Assembly: GCA_052093225.1 (NCBI GenBank)
Contig: JBQDDG010000007.1
Location: forward strand, 4,671-68,670
Length of the DNA stretch: 64,000 nt
Source of the DNA: Actinomycetaceae bacterium
GTDB taxonomy: Bacteria > Actinomycetota > Actinomycetes > Actinomycetales > Actinomycetaceae
Reading direction: 5' to 3'
Part shown: positions 37,435 through 46,867 of the stretch, in pieces
Layout: every line of letters starts with the position of its first letter
How positions within the stretch are numbered: the first letter of the stretch is position 1
Notes under the pieces: model-generated
What the model was told of the DNA's origin: nothing
Seen by the model: only the letters and a program-made list of their open reading frames with translations
The model's database searches: none
Position numbers and translations under genes: made by a program

Positions 37435-37580
37435 GCTGAGCACTGGTCGGACGCTACGCCGCCGGGCCGACACCGTTCCATCCCAAATGGGGTGACGGCG
37501 GACTCACGGGCGGACCCTCGCGTGACGGACGCCGTCGGCCCGGTGCCCGGCCAGGCCCTGCGGCGGGGGACAATGGCCCC

Positions 37581-38051
37581 ATGACCGAGCCCGACCTCAC
37601 CCCCTCAGCAGAGGCCCGCGACGCCGGGCAGGCCGCCGCCGAGGCGGCCGAGACCCGGGCCCACCGCGCCTTCGGCTGGTACCGCGCCATGGCCTTCGTC
37701 ACCGGCGTCATGCTGCTCGTCCTCACCGCCGAGATGGTGCTGAAGTACGTGTTCGGCGCCGCCGGGTACGAGGACGAGTCGAAGTGGTGGACCGCGCGCC
37801 CCGTCATGGGCTCGTGGATCGCCATCCTCCACGGCTGGATCTACGTGGTCTACGCCGCCACCGTGCTCAACCTGTGGTCGGTCATGCGCTGGGGGCTGGG
37901 CCGGATGGTCGCCCTCATCGCCGCCGGCGTCGTGCCGGTCCTGTCCTTCGTGCTCGAGCGGAAGGCGCACGGCTGGCTGGAGGCCGACCTGCCCGCCGTC
38001 ACCGGACGTGCCCGGGTGGTGGCCGAGCGGCGCACTACCCTGGGCAGGTGA
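37581..38051 (+). CDS. DUF3817-family membrane protein
   Basis: [25 protein letters not shown] and [13 protein letters not shown]. Confidence 0.85.
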   Translation: MTEPDLTPSAEARDAGQAAAEAAETRAHRAFGWYRAMAFVTGVMLLVLTAEMVLKYVFGAAGYEDESKWWTARPVMGSWIAILHGWIYVVYAATVLNLWSVMRWGLGRMVALIAAGVVPVLSFVLERKAHGWLEADLPAVTGRARVVAERRTTLGR

Positions 38052-39652
38052 CCACGGACGCGCCGGACACAGCCGGCACCACGAACCACCGCCCGGTCCT
38101 CGTCGTCGACTACGGGGCCCAGTACGCGCAGCTCATCGCACGGCGCGTGCGCGAGGCCGACGTCCTCTCCGAGGTCGTCCCCCACACGGCGAGCGTGGCG
38201 GAGATGCTTCAGAAGGATCCCGCCGCGATCATCCTGTCGGGGGGACCGGCGTCGGTGTATGCCGACGGCGCACCCGGCGTCGACCCCGCCCTGTTCGACG
38301 CGGGCGTACCCGTGCTGGGCATCTGCTACGGCTTCCAGGCGATGGCCCGCGCGCTCGGCGGGACCGTCGACGAGACGGGCGAGCGCGAGTACGGCGGCAC
38401 GATCGTGCGGGTGGACGGCTCAGGCGAGGGCTCGACCCTGCTCGCCGGCTCCCCGGACGTGCAGACCGTGTGGATGTCCCACGGGGACGCGGTCACCGCG
38501 GCCCCCGAGGGCTTCGACGTGCTCGCGACCTCGGCCGGCGCGCCCGTCGCCGCCTTCGAGGACACCGGTCGCCGCCTGTACGGCATCCAGTGGCACCCCG
38601 AGGTCCACCACACCGAGCACGGCCAGACCCTGCTCGAGACGTTCCTCCGCGACGGCGCGGGCGTCGCCGCGGACTGGACCGCCGAGTCGGTCGTCGCCGA
38701 GCAGGTCGAGGCGATCCGCACCCAGATCGGCGACGCGCGCGTGATCTGCGGGCTCTCCGGCGGGGTGGACTCCTCCGTGGCCGCGGCGCTCGTCCAGCGC
38801 GCGGTCGGCGACCAGCTGACCTGCGTGTTCGTCGACCACGGCCTCATGCGCGCCGGCGAGGTGGAGCAGGTCGAGCGGGACTTCGTGGCCGCCACCGGCG
38901 TCGACCTGCGGGTCGTCGACGCGTCGGACACGTTCCTCGACGCGCTCGCCGGGGTCACCGACCCCGAGGAGAAGCGCAAGATCATCGGTCGCGAGTTCAT
39001 CCGCACCTTCGAGGAGGCCGCCGCGTCGGTGGTCGCCGAGGCGGGGGAGCACGGCGAGCAGGTCCGGTTCCTCGTGCAGGGCACGCTCTACCCCGACGTC
39101 GTCGAGTCCGGCGGCGGCGAGGGCGCGGCGACGATCAAGTCCCACCACAACGTGGGCGGCCTGCCCGAGGACATGACGTTCGAGCTCGTCGAGCCGCTGC
39201 GCCTGCTGTTCAAGGACGAGGTGCGCGCCGTCGGCCGCGAGATCGGCGTCCCCGAGGCGATCGTCGCCCGCCAGCCGTTCCCCGGCCCCGGGCTCGGGAT
39301 CCGCATCGTCGGCGAGGTCACCCGCGAGCGCCTGGAGATCCTGCGCGCCGCGGACCTCGTGGTGCGCGAGGAGCTGAGCGCGGCCGGCCTCGACGAGGCG
39401 ATCTGGCAGTGCCCGGTCGTGCTGCTCGCCGACGTCCGCTCCGTCGGCGTCCAGGGCGACGGCCGCACGTACGGCCACCCGATCGTGCTGCGGCCCGTGA
39501 CCAGCGAGGACGCGATGACGGCCGACTGGTCGCGGGTGCCCTACGACGTGCTGGCGCGCATCTCGACCCGCATCACCAACACCGTCCCGCAGGTCAACCG
39601 GGTGGTGCTCGACGTGACGTCGAAGCCCCCGGGCACCATCGAGTGGGAGTGA
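38048..39652 (+). CDS. guaA: GMP synthase (glutamine-hydrolyzing)
   Basis: [46 protein letters not shown] and [10 protein letters not shown]. Confidence 0.99.
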   Translation: MTTDAPDTAGTTNHRPVLVVDYGAQYAQLIARRVREADVLSEVVPHTASVAEMLQKDPAAIILSGGPASVYADGAPGVDPALFDAGVPVLGICYGFQAMARALGGTVDETGEREYGGTIVRVDGSGEGSTLLAGSPDVQTVWMSHGDAVTAAPEGFDVLATSAGAPVAAFEDTGRRLYGIQWHPEVHHTEHGQTLLETFLRDGAGVAADWTAESVVAEQVEAIRTQIGDARVICGLSGGVDSSVAAALVQRAVGDQLTCVFVDHGLMRAGEVEQVERDFVAATGVDLRVVDASDTFLDALAGVTDPEEKRKIIGREFIRTFEEAAASVVAEAGEHGEQVRFLVQGTLYPDVVESGGGEGAATIKSHHNVGGLPEDMTFELVEPLRLLFKDEVRAVGREIGVPEAIVARQPFPGPGLGIRIVGEVTRERLEILRAADLVVREELSAAGLDEAIWQCPVVLLADVRSVGVQGDGRTYGHPIVLRPVTSEDAMTADWSRVPYDVLARISTRITNTVPQVNRVVLDVTSKPPGTIEWE

Positions 39653-39731
39653 CTGCCGGGCCCCGGTGGGAGTGACCAGTCGCATCGCGACCCGGCCACT
39701 GTGCTGACACGGTGACAGATAACCTGGACGC

Positions 39732-40079
39732 ATGGACATCGTCAGCGGCATCTTCCTCGTCATACACCTCCTTGGCTGGGCGATGGCCCTCGGCATGGCG
39801 ATCGCGGGGCTCCGCTCCGGCGAGCTCCCCAAGGGCGCGACGCACGGCGTCCTCACCGCCCTCGTCGCCGGCATCGTGCTGGTCGGTCTCGCCGAGATGG
39901 GCGACGGCGACCTCAACCACATCAAGATCGGCGTCAAGCTCGTCGTCGCGATCGCCGCGACCGTCGTCGCGTTCCTCGGTGACCGCGACCGCAAGGCCGG
40001 CACGAAGGGCTCGCCGATGATCGGTGCCCTCGTCGCTCTCATCGTCGTCAACGTCGGCATCGCCGTCCTCTGGACCTGA
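39732..40079 (+). CDS. Small conserved actinobacterial membrane protein
   Basis: Four hydrophobic helices; NHIKIGVKLVVA motif. Confidence 0.75.
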   Translation: MDIVSGIFLVIHLLGWAMALGMAIAGLRSGELPKGATHGVLTALVAGIVLVGLAEMGDGDLNHIKIGVKLVVAIAATVVAFLGDRDRKAGTKGSPMIGALVALIVVNVGIAVLWT

Positions 40080-40092
40080 TCCGGTACCTCCT

Positions 40093-40128
40093 CGAAAGGC
40101 CGGGACCCGCATGGGCCCCGGCCTTTCG
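40093..40128 (+). terminator. Intrinsic terminator-like hairpin
   Basis: CGAAAGGCCGGG...CCCGGCCTTTCG inverted repeat. Confidence 0.7.
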
Positions 40129-40197
40129 TGTCCCCGTGCGCGTAGCCTCTGACCCGCACCGCCGTCCGGCGGACCCCCACGAGCCGGGAGCCTCACC

Positions 40198-40671
40198 GTG
40201 GCCGAGCTGCTGACGATCCTCGCCATCGCCGTCGGGCTCTTCGGGACCGTGACGATGATCTTCCCCGGCGGCGGGCTCGTCGCGGCCGCCGTCGCGATCT
40301 GGGGCTGGTACCAGGGCGGCACGCTCGGCTGGACCGTCGCCATCATCGCCGTCGCGTCGTTCCTGCTCGCGATGGTGCTCGGCTACGTCGTCGCCGGTGG
40401 CTACATGAGGCGCGGCGGGGTACGGACCTCCACGCTCGTGATCGCCGCGGTCGCCGGGATCGTCGGGTTCTTCGTGGTGCCGGTGGTCGGGCTGTTCCTC
40501 TTCTTCGTCGGCGCCGTGTTCCTCGTCGAGCTCGCCCGCTCGAAGGACGCCCGACGCGCCTGGCCGGCCACCGTGCGCGCGCTCAAGGCCGCGGGCCTGA
40601 CCATCCTCGTCGAGCTCGCCGGGGCGATGGTGGCGGTCGGGGCGTTCGTCGTGGCCTGGATCGTGCGCTGA
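40198..40671 (+). CDS. DUF456-family membrane protein
   Basis: GLFGTVTMIFPG, GIVGFFVVPVVG and GAVFLVEL patterns. Confidence 0.78.
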   Translation: MAELLTILAIAVGLFGTVTMIFPGGGLVAAAVAIWGWYQGGTLGWTVAIIAVASFLLAMVLGYVVAGGYMRRGGVRTSTLVIAAVAGIVGFFVVPVVGLFLFFVGAVFLVELARSKDARRAWPATVRALKAAGLTILVELAGAMVAVGAFVVAWIVR

Positions 40672-40739
40672 CCGCACGGACCGGACCCGACGTCGCCCCG
40701 CGCGAGGTGGTCGTCCGGCTGCTGATCCTGTGACGCCGG

Positions 40740-41396
40740 TCAGTCGGCGGGCTCCGCCCGGTCGACGAGCACCGCGACCTGCGTGCGGTTCGACGCGCCC
40801 AGCTTGTCCTGGACGTTGCCGAGATAGGTCTTGACCGTCGTCTCGCCCAGGTGCAGGCGCCGCGCGATGTCCCCGTTCGACGCGCCCTGGGCCACGAGCC
40901 GCGCCACCTCGAGCTCGCGCTCGGTCAGCCGTGCGACCGCCTCGCGCGCCGCCTCCCGCCGCGAGCCGCCGCCCGTGATGCGGCCGAGCAGCCCCCGCTG
41001 CACCCGGGGCGAGATCGCCCCGTGCCCGGCCGCGACGTCGCGGATCGCCGCGAGGATCTCCTCCGGCGCCGCCGACTTCAGGAGGTAGCCGACGGCCCCG
41101 GCCCGCAGCGCGGCCTCGACGTTGGCGTCGAGGTCCCACGTGGTCAGCGCCACGACGGCAGGTGCCGACGGACGTGCCGCGATCCGCCGCGTCGCCTCGA
41201 CCCCGTCGACACCCGGCATCTGCAGATCCATGAGGACGACGTCCGGGTGGTGGGCGATCACCTGGTCGAGCGCCGCCGCGCCGTCGCCCGCCTCGCCGAC
41301 GACGGCGATCTCGGACGAGGTCTCGAGGATGCGGCGCACGAACGCCCGCACCATCGGGTCGTCGTCGACGACGAGCACACGGACGGGCGGGGGCAC
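40740..41396 (-). CDS. NarL/LuxR-family response regulator
   Basis: VLVVDDD, DVVLMDLQMPGVDG, GYLLK and LTERELEV...SNGDIARRLHLGETTVKTY. Confidence 0.95.
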   Translation of the reverse strand: MPPPVRVLVVDDDPMVRAFVRRILETSSEIAVVGEAGDGAAALDQVIAHHPDVVLMDLQMPGVDGVEATRRIAARPSAPAVVALTTWDLDANVEAALRAGAVGYLLKSAAPEEILAAIRDVAAGHGAISPRVQRGLLGRITGGGSRREAAREAVARLTERELEVARLVAQGASNGDIARRLHLGETTVKTYLGNVQDKLGASNRTQVAVLVDRAEPAD

Positions 41397-41405
41397 CCCG
41401 GCAGT

Positions 41406-42728
41406 CTAGGAGCCGGTACCGACACCGCCGGGCCAGGGGAGGTGGACGTCGACGCGGAACCGGTCGCCGTGGACGCCGTGGCGCGCGTGGCCCCCGAAGA
41501 TCTCGGCCCGCTCGACGATGCCGACCAGTCCGGAACCGCCGGTGGTGGTCCCCGGCCCGCCGCCCGGCAGGGGCCGGGTCCACGCGCCGTCGTTGCGCGA
41601 CGCCCCGTCGGCTCGGGGGAGGCGGTTGGCCGCCGCGATGTCGATGCCCCGGCCGGGACCGCCGGTGACCCGCAGGCGCAGCGTCTCTTGCGGGGCGTGC
41701 CTGCGCGCATTCGTCATGATCTCGGTGGTGATGCGGTGCACCGCGCGGGCGAGGGGCGCCGGCGCCGAGGCCCCGGCGTCGACGTTGACCGTGGCGGAGA
41801 GCAGCTGGCCGGCGTCGGCGGACTCGTCGAGGACGTCCTGGAGCTCGTCGAGCGTGACGACCGGGTCCGGCGTCGGTTCCCGCAGCATCCCCACGAGCGT
41901 GCGCAGCTCGTCGGTCGCGACCGACGCCTGGGTGCGCAGGCGCGCGGCGGACTCGGCCAGGCGCGGGTCGTCCGCCGCCTCGAGCTGGAGCGCGCCGGCC
42001 TCGAGGCTGAGCAGGGAGAGCCGGTGGCCGATCCCGTCGTGGATCTCGCGCCCCACCTGTTCCCGTTCGGCCTGGCGCGAGACGGTCTCGACGGCGTCGT
42101 CCCGGCTGCGCAGCGCGGTCTCGGCGATCGCCTCGGCGCCGCGGGTGTCGGCCCGGTACCGCCGCAGCAGGCCGAGACCGATCGCGGAGGCGATCACGAG
42201 CGCGACGAAGACCGCGACGGCCGGCCAGGGCACGGGTGCGGGCGCGTGGTCGCTGGTCGTGTCCGCCAGGAGGACCCGGACCCACGACTCCCACCTCGTC
42301 CCGCCGAGGAGGTCGCGCCACGTGCACACGACCGTCGCGACGGCGACGGCGGCGCACGCGAGGACCGGGCGCTCGAGCCGCCGGTGCGCGAGGTGGCTGG
42401 AGAGCACCACGAGCGCGGCCACCGGGGAGAACGGCAGGAGAAGGGCGCTCGCCGTCGTGGTGACGAGCGCGGCTCGGGGCCGACGGGCCCGGGGCAGGAC
42501 GAGCAGGCCGTGGCACATGCCCGCGAGGAGCAGGACGAACATCACCCCGACCTTCCAGCCGGCGACCGTGTCGGTGTCCTCGGCCATCCAGCCCCGCGCG
42601 ACGGGTGAGTAGATGAGGTCCATGAGCGCGAACACCCCGAGGACGACGACGAGGATCGTCGTGCGGGCCCGCGCCAGCAGGCGGCGGCCCAGGGAGCTGC
42701 GTGGCCGCGCGCCGGTCGGGAGGGACAT
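41406..42728 (-). CDS. Membrane sensor histidine kinase (HisKA_3)
   Basis: Several TM helices; REIHDGIGHRLS H-box, EIMTNARRHA and GSGLVGIVERA. Confidence 0.92.
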   Translation of the reverse strand: MSLPTGARPRSSLGRRLLARARTTILVVVLGVFALMDLIYSPVARGWMAEDTDTVAGWKVGVMFVLLLAGMCHGLLVLPRARRPRAALVTTTASALLLPFSPVAALVVLSSHLAHRRLERPVLACAAVAVATVVCTWRDLLGGTRWESWVRVLLADTTSDHAPAPVPWPAVAVFVALVIASAIGLGLLRRYRADTRGAEAIAETALRSRDDAVETVSRQAEREQVGREIHDGIGHRLSLLSLEAGALQLEAADDPRLAESAARLRTQASVATDELRTLVGMLREPTPDPVVTLDELQDVLDESADAGQLLSATVNVDAGASAPAPLARAVHRITTEIMTNARRHAPQETLRLRVTGGPGRGIDIAAANRLPRADGASRNDGAWTRPLPGGGPGTTTGGSGLVGIVERAEIFGGHARHGVHGDRFRVDVHLPWPGGVGTGS

Positions 42729-42887
42729 GAGCGCATCGTTCCAGCAAGGGCCGACGCCCGTGCCCGTCCGTCCGGCCCGGCGGCCGGACCGGTCGGAGGG
42801 GGCGGTCGCGCCCGTTCGGGGGAGGCCCGGCAGGTGGCTGACAGGCGATTCTCGTGCCGTACCGATCGTCCCCCACGGAGGTTCACG

Positions 42888-43742
42888 ATGAACGCGCAGC
42901 CCACCCCGGAACAGCCCACGTCAGGCCAGGCCGACACGACGACGGGCGCCCCCGCCGTGCCGAACTCCTACGGCGCGCCCGCCGCGCCGATGACCAAGGC
43001 CGAGCTCAAGCGCCAGAAGCGCATGATGAAAGCCTCGCGTCCGTGGGTGGCCCGCCACAAGGTCCTCACCGGCGTGCTCGGGATCGTCGGCATCGCCGCG
43101 GTGGTCGGCATCGCGGGCGGCGGTGACGACGAGGACCCCTCGGCGGACGCACCCTCGTCCTCCGCGCCGGCCTCGGAGCCGGCCGAGGCGCCCGCGAGCT
43201 CGGACCCCGCCGGGTCCGGGGCGGCCACGGACGAGCAGCCCGCCGCCGACGACGTCGCCACCGAGCAGACGGTCGTCGACGAGGCGGCCCCGGAGGAGGC
43301 GCCGGCCGACGAAGAGGCGGCAGAGGAGGCCCCCGCGGAGGAGCCTGCCGCGTCGCAGGTCGGCGTGCCCGTCGAGGTCGGCGACCTCGAGCTCACCGTC
43401 ACCGGTGTGGAGCCGGGCATCGCGAGCGTCGGCGACCAGTTCCTCGGTGCGCAGGCGCAGGGCCAGTTCGTCCGTGTCGACCTCACCATCGCCAACACGG
43501 GCGACCGGGCCGAGACCTTCTGGGAGAACGACGCCGTCCTCGTCGACACCGAGGGTCGTCAGCACTCGACGTCGTCCGACTCGATCTACCTCGAGGACAC
43601 CTCCTGGCTGCTCACCGAGATCAACCCGGGCAACACGACGAACGGTGCCCTGCTGTTCGACATCCCGGCCGACGCCGAGGTCGACCTCCTCCAGGTCTCC
43701 GCCGGGCTGTTCTCCGGCGACGTCGAGATCCGCCTGCGCTGA
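42888..43742 (+). CDS. DUF4352-domain membrane-anchored surface protein
   Basis: Single TM, acidic Ala/Glu/Pro linker, and C-terminal Ig-like domain (AQGQFVRVDLTIAN...LVDTEGRQH...INPGN...LLFDIP). Confidence 0.8.
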   Translation: MNAQPTPEQPTSGQADTTTGAPAVPNSYGAPAAPMTKAELKRQKRMMKASRPWVARHKVLTGVLGIVGIAAVVGIAGGGDDEDPSADAPSSSAPASEPAEAPASSDPAGSGAATDEQPAADDVATEQTVVDEAAPEEAPADEEAAEEAPAEEPAASQVGVPVEVGDLELTVTGVEPGIASVGDQFLGAQAQGQFVRVDLTIANTGDRAETFWENDAVLVDTEGRQHSTSSDSIYLEDTSWLLTEINPGNTTNGALLFDIPADAEVDLLQVSAGLFSGDVEIRLR

Positions 43743-43858
43743 CGGCGCCCACGCACGCCCGGCCCGCGACCCTCCCCGGTGCGGGCCGGGTCCCGTCGTG
43801 CGGCTCGTCCACAGGCCGGCTCTCGCGTGTCGGCGCGCGCGGCTAACCTGGACCGACG

Positions 43859-46627
43859 ATGAGCACCCTGTTCGACGGACTCGACCTCCCCGCACGCCCG
43901 GGCCGCAGCACGGCCCTGCCGGCGACCCTCGCCCCGCGCCCCGACGAGGACGAGTGGGTGCCGCCGGAACCGCCGCCCGAGGACGACGCCGGGCCGTCGG
44001 ACGAGCTCCCCGCGCAGACCGACCCGTTCGCCGACCTCCCCCTCCCTGCCTCCGGCGCCGAGCTGCCCGGCAAGGCCGTGCGCGACGCCGCGCGGGCAGC
44101 GGCCGCGCGGAGCGGGAGCGACCGGTCCGAGGAGCTGCTGGTGGGGCTCAACCCCCAGCAGCGCCAGGCGGTGACGCACGCGGGATCCCCGCTGCTCATC
44201 GTCGCCGGCGCGGGCTCGGGCAAGACGCGGGTCCTCACGCACCGGGTCGCCCACCTGCTCGCCACGGGCCGCGCCCGGCCGGGCGAGATCCTCGCCATCA
44301 CGTTCACCAACAAGGCCGCGGCCGAGATGCGCGAGCGCGTCGAGGACATCGTCGGCGCCTCCGCGCAGCGGATGTGGGTCTCCACCTTCCACTCCGCGTG
44401 CGTGCGCATCCTCCGGCGCGAGCACGAGGCGCTCGGCATGCGCAGCTCGTTCTCGATCTACGACTCCGCGGACAGCCAGCGGCTCATCACGCTCGTCGCC
44501 CGGGAGCTCGACGTCGAGCTCAAGCGCTTCCCCGCCAAGCTCCTCGCACGCAAGATCTCCGACCTCAAGAACGAGCTCATCGACCCCGACGACCACGCGT
44601 CCTCGGTGATGGGCTCGGGCCAGGAGCTCGACGAGGTCGTCTCGCAGGTCTACCGCGGCTACGACGCGCGCCTGCGCCAGGCCAGCGCGATGGACTTCGA
44701 CGACCTCATCATGCGCACGGTCCACCTGCTGCAGGCGTTCCCGGCGATCGCCGAGCACTACCACCGGCGCTTCCTGCACGTGCTGGTCGACGAGTACCAG
44801 GACACCAACCACGCCCAGTACGTGCTCGTGCGCGAGCTCTCGGGCGGCACCGTGACCGACCCGGGCGGGCTCGGCGGGCAGAGCCCCGTCGAGCCGGCCG
44901 AGCTCACCGTCGTCGGCGACGCCGACCAGTCGATCTACGCCTTCCGCGGCGCCACGATCCGCAACATCCTCGAGTTCGAGGCCGACTACCCGGACGCCCG
45001 CACGATCCTGCTCGAGCAGAACTACCGCTCGACCCAGACCATCCTGTCCGCCGCCAACTCCGTGATCTCCCCGAACCCCGGCCGGCGCGCGAAGAACCTG
45101 TGGACGGACTCCGGCTCCGGCCCCCGCATCGTCGGCTACGTCGCGGACAGCGAGCACGAGGAGGCGCGGTTCGTCGTCGAGGAGATCGACCGGCTGCGCG
45201 ACGACGAGTCCGCGACCACCGGCGGCCCCGGGCCCGGCGCGCGGGGACTGCGCTACGGCGACATGGCGATCTTCTACCGCACGAACCAGCAGTCCCGGGC
45301 GCTCGAGGAGGTGCTCGTCCGCGCGGGCGTGCCCTACGTCGTCGTCGGCGGCACGCGGTTCTACGAGCGCCGCGAGATCAAGGACGCCGTCGCCTACCTG
45401 CGCGCCGTCGCGAACCCCGACGACGAGGCGAACCTCCGGCGCATCATCAACGTGCCCAGGCGCGGCCTCGGGGCCAAGGCGGAGGAGCAGCTCGAGCGGC
45501 ACGCCGCCCGCGAGCGCGTCTCCTACGGCCAGGCGATCGCCGACGCCGCCGCGAGCGCCGGCGAGGAGGTGGACGGGCGCACCGTGCCGGAGGTCCTCGG
45601 CCTGGCGACCCGCAGCCGGACCGCCGTGCGGGGCTTCCACGAGCTGATGAGCGGCCTGCGGGAGATGCTCGAGGGCGGGTCCACGCCCGCGGAGATCCTC
45701 GACGCCGCGCTCGACCGGTCCGGGTACCTCGCCGAGCTGCGCGCCTCGGAGGACCCGCAGGACGCGAGCCGCGTGGAGAACCTCGCCGAGCTCCACGCCG
45801 TCGCCCAGGAGTTCGCCGAGGCGGACCCGGAGGCGACCCTCGGGGACTTCCTCGAGCGCGTGGCCCTCGTGGCCGACGCCGACCAGATCCCCGGCCGCGC
45901 GGGGGACGAGGGCGTCGTCACCCTGATGACCGTCCACACCGCCAAGGGTCTGGAGTTCCCGGTCGTCTTCGTCACGGGCCTCGAGGACGGCACCTTCCCG
46001 CACCAGCGCTCGCTGGGGGAGTCCGACCAGATCGCCGAGGAGCGCCGGCTCGCCTACGTCGCGCTCACCCGTGCGCGCGAGCGGCTCTACCTCTCCCGCG
46101 CGGCCGTCCGCACCGCGTTCGGCCTGCCGCAGGAGATGCCCGAGTCGCGCTTCGTCTCCGACATCCCGCCCGAGCTCGTCGAGTGGCGGCGCGAGCAGTC
46201 CTCGACCGACGCGATCCGTGGCTCGGGCCGCGGCGGGGACGGGCGGACCTGGGCCTCCAGCGTGCGCGTGAGCCGTGCCGAGCCACGCACCGCCGGCGGC
46301 TCGCGCGGGTCCGGAAGCTCGCGCGGGTCCGAGAACTCGCGCGGGTCCGGAGGATCGCGGGGGAGCGGCGTCGGCACCTCCGGCACCTGGAAGCCGGGCG
46401 GGACGGTGCGCAAGGACGGCGAGGCCAGGTTCGGGTCCGCGAACCCCCGCCCCGACGTCGAGATCCCGGCCCTGAGCCCCGGCGATCGCGTCAACCACGA
46501 CGCCTACGGGCTCGGCACCGTCGTCTCGCTCGAGAACCCCGGGCCCTCGGCGGTGGCCAAGGTCGACTTCGGCGGCGGCCAGGTCAAGCGGCTGCTCCTG
46601 CGCTACGCCCCGGTGACCAAGCTGTAG
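43859..46627 (+). CDS. pcrA: ATP-dependent DNA helicase PcrA/UvrD
   Basis: AGAGSGKTRVLT, TFTNKAA, VDEYQDTN, VGDADQSIY, EQNYRS, TVHTAKGLEF and EERRLAYVALTRA; C-terminal Tudor-like domain. Confidence 0.98.
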   Translation: MSTLFDGLDLPARPGRSTALPATLAPRPDEDEWVPPEPPPEDDAGPSDELPAQTDPFADLPLPASGAELPGKAVRDAARAAAARSGSDRSEELLVGLNPQQRQAVTHAGSPLLIVAGAGSGKTRVLTHRVAHLLATGRARPGEILAITFTNKAAAEMRERVEDIVGASAQRMWVSTFHSACVRILRREHEALGMRSSFSIYDSADSQRLITLVARELDVELKRFPAKLLARKISDLKNELIDPDDHASSVMGSGQELDEVVSQVYRGYDARLRQASAMDFDDLIMRTVHLLQAFPAIAEHYHRRFLHVLVDEYQDTNHAQYVLVRELSGGTVTDPGGLGGQSPVEPAELTVVGDADQSIYAFRGATIRNILEFEADYPDARTILLEQNYRSTQTILSAANSVISPNPGRRAKNLWTDSGSGPRIVGYVADSEHEEARFVVEEIDRLRDDESATTGGPGPGARGLRYGDMAIFYRTNQQSRALEEVLVRAGVPYVVVGGTRFYERREIKDAVAYLRAVANPDDEANLRRIINVPRRGLGAKAEEQLERHAARERVSYGQAIADAAASAGEEVDGRTVPEVLGLATRSRTAVRGFHELMSGLREMLEGGSTPAEILDAALDRSGYLAELRASEDPQDASRVENLAELHAVAQEFAEADPEATLGDFLERVALVADADQIPGRAGDEGVVTLMTVHTAKGLEFPVVFVTGLEDGTFPHQRSLGESDQIAEERRLAYVALTRARERLYLSRAAVRTAFGLPQEMPESRFVSDIPPELVEWRREQSSTDAIRGSGRGGDGRTWASSVRVSRAEPRTAGGSRGSGSSRGSENSRGSGGSRGSGVGTSGTWKPGGTVRKDGEARFGSANPRPDVEIPALSPGDRVNHDAYGLGTVVSLENPGPSAVAKVDFGGGQVKRLLLRYAPVTKL

Positions 46628-46867
46628 GGGCCGGGCTCCCGAGCCGCACGTCCGCGGGTGACGCGGGACGCCGTCCAGGCGTGCCGGACTGCACCCGCAG
46701 CCGTTCCACGAGTGGCTCGTGTGACCGGCGTGGCTGGTGTGATGCCGTCGCGGAGGTCCGGGCCTTCCTGCCCGCGCGTCGATCTTTGCGGCGTCCCTCC
46801 GCCGTCCTACCGTGTGCGCTGATGGCGCGCCGGGCGACCGCCGGGGCGCGGGACAGGTGGTGATTCG

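Noticed and set aside
46628-46867. Riboswitch/ncRNA upstream of the acyltransferase
   Set aside because: GC-rich hairpins only; no motif I can match to a known family.
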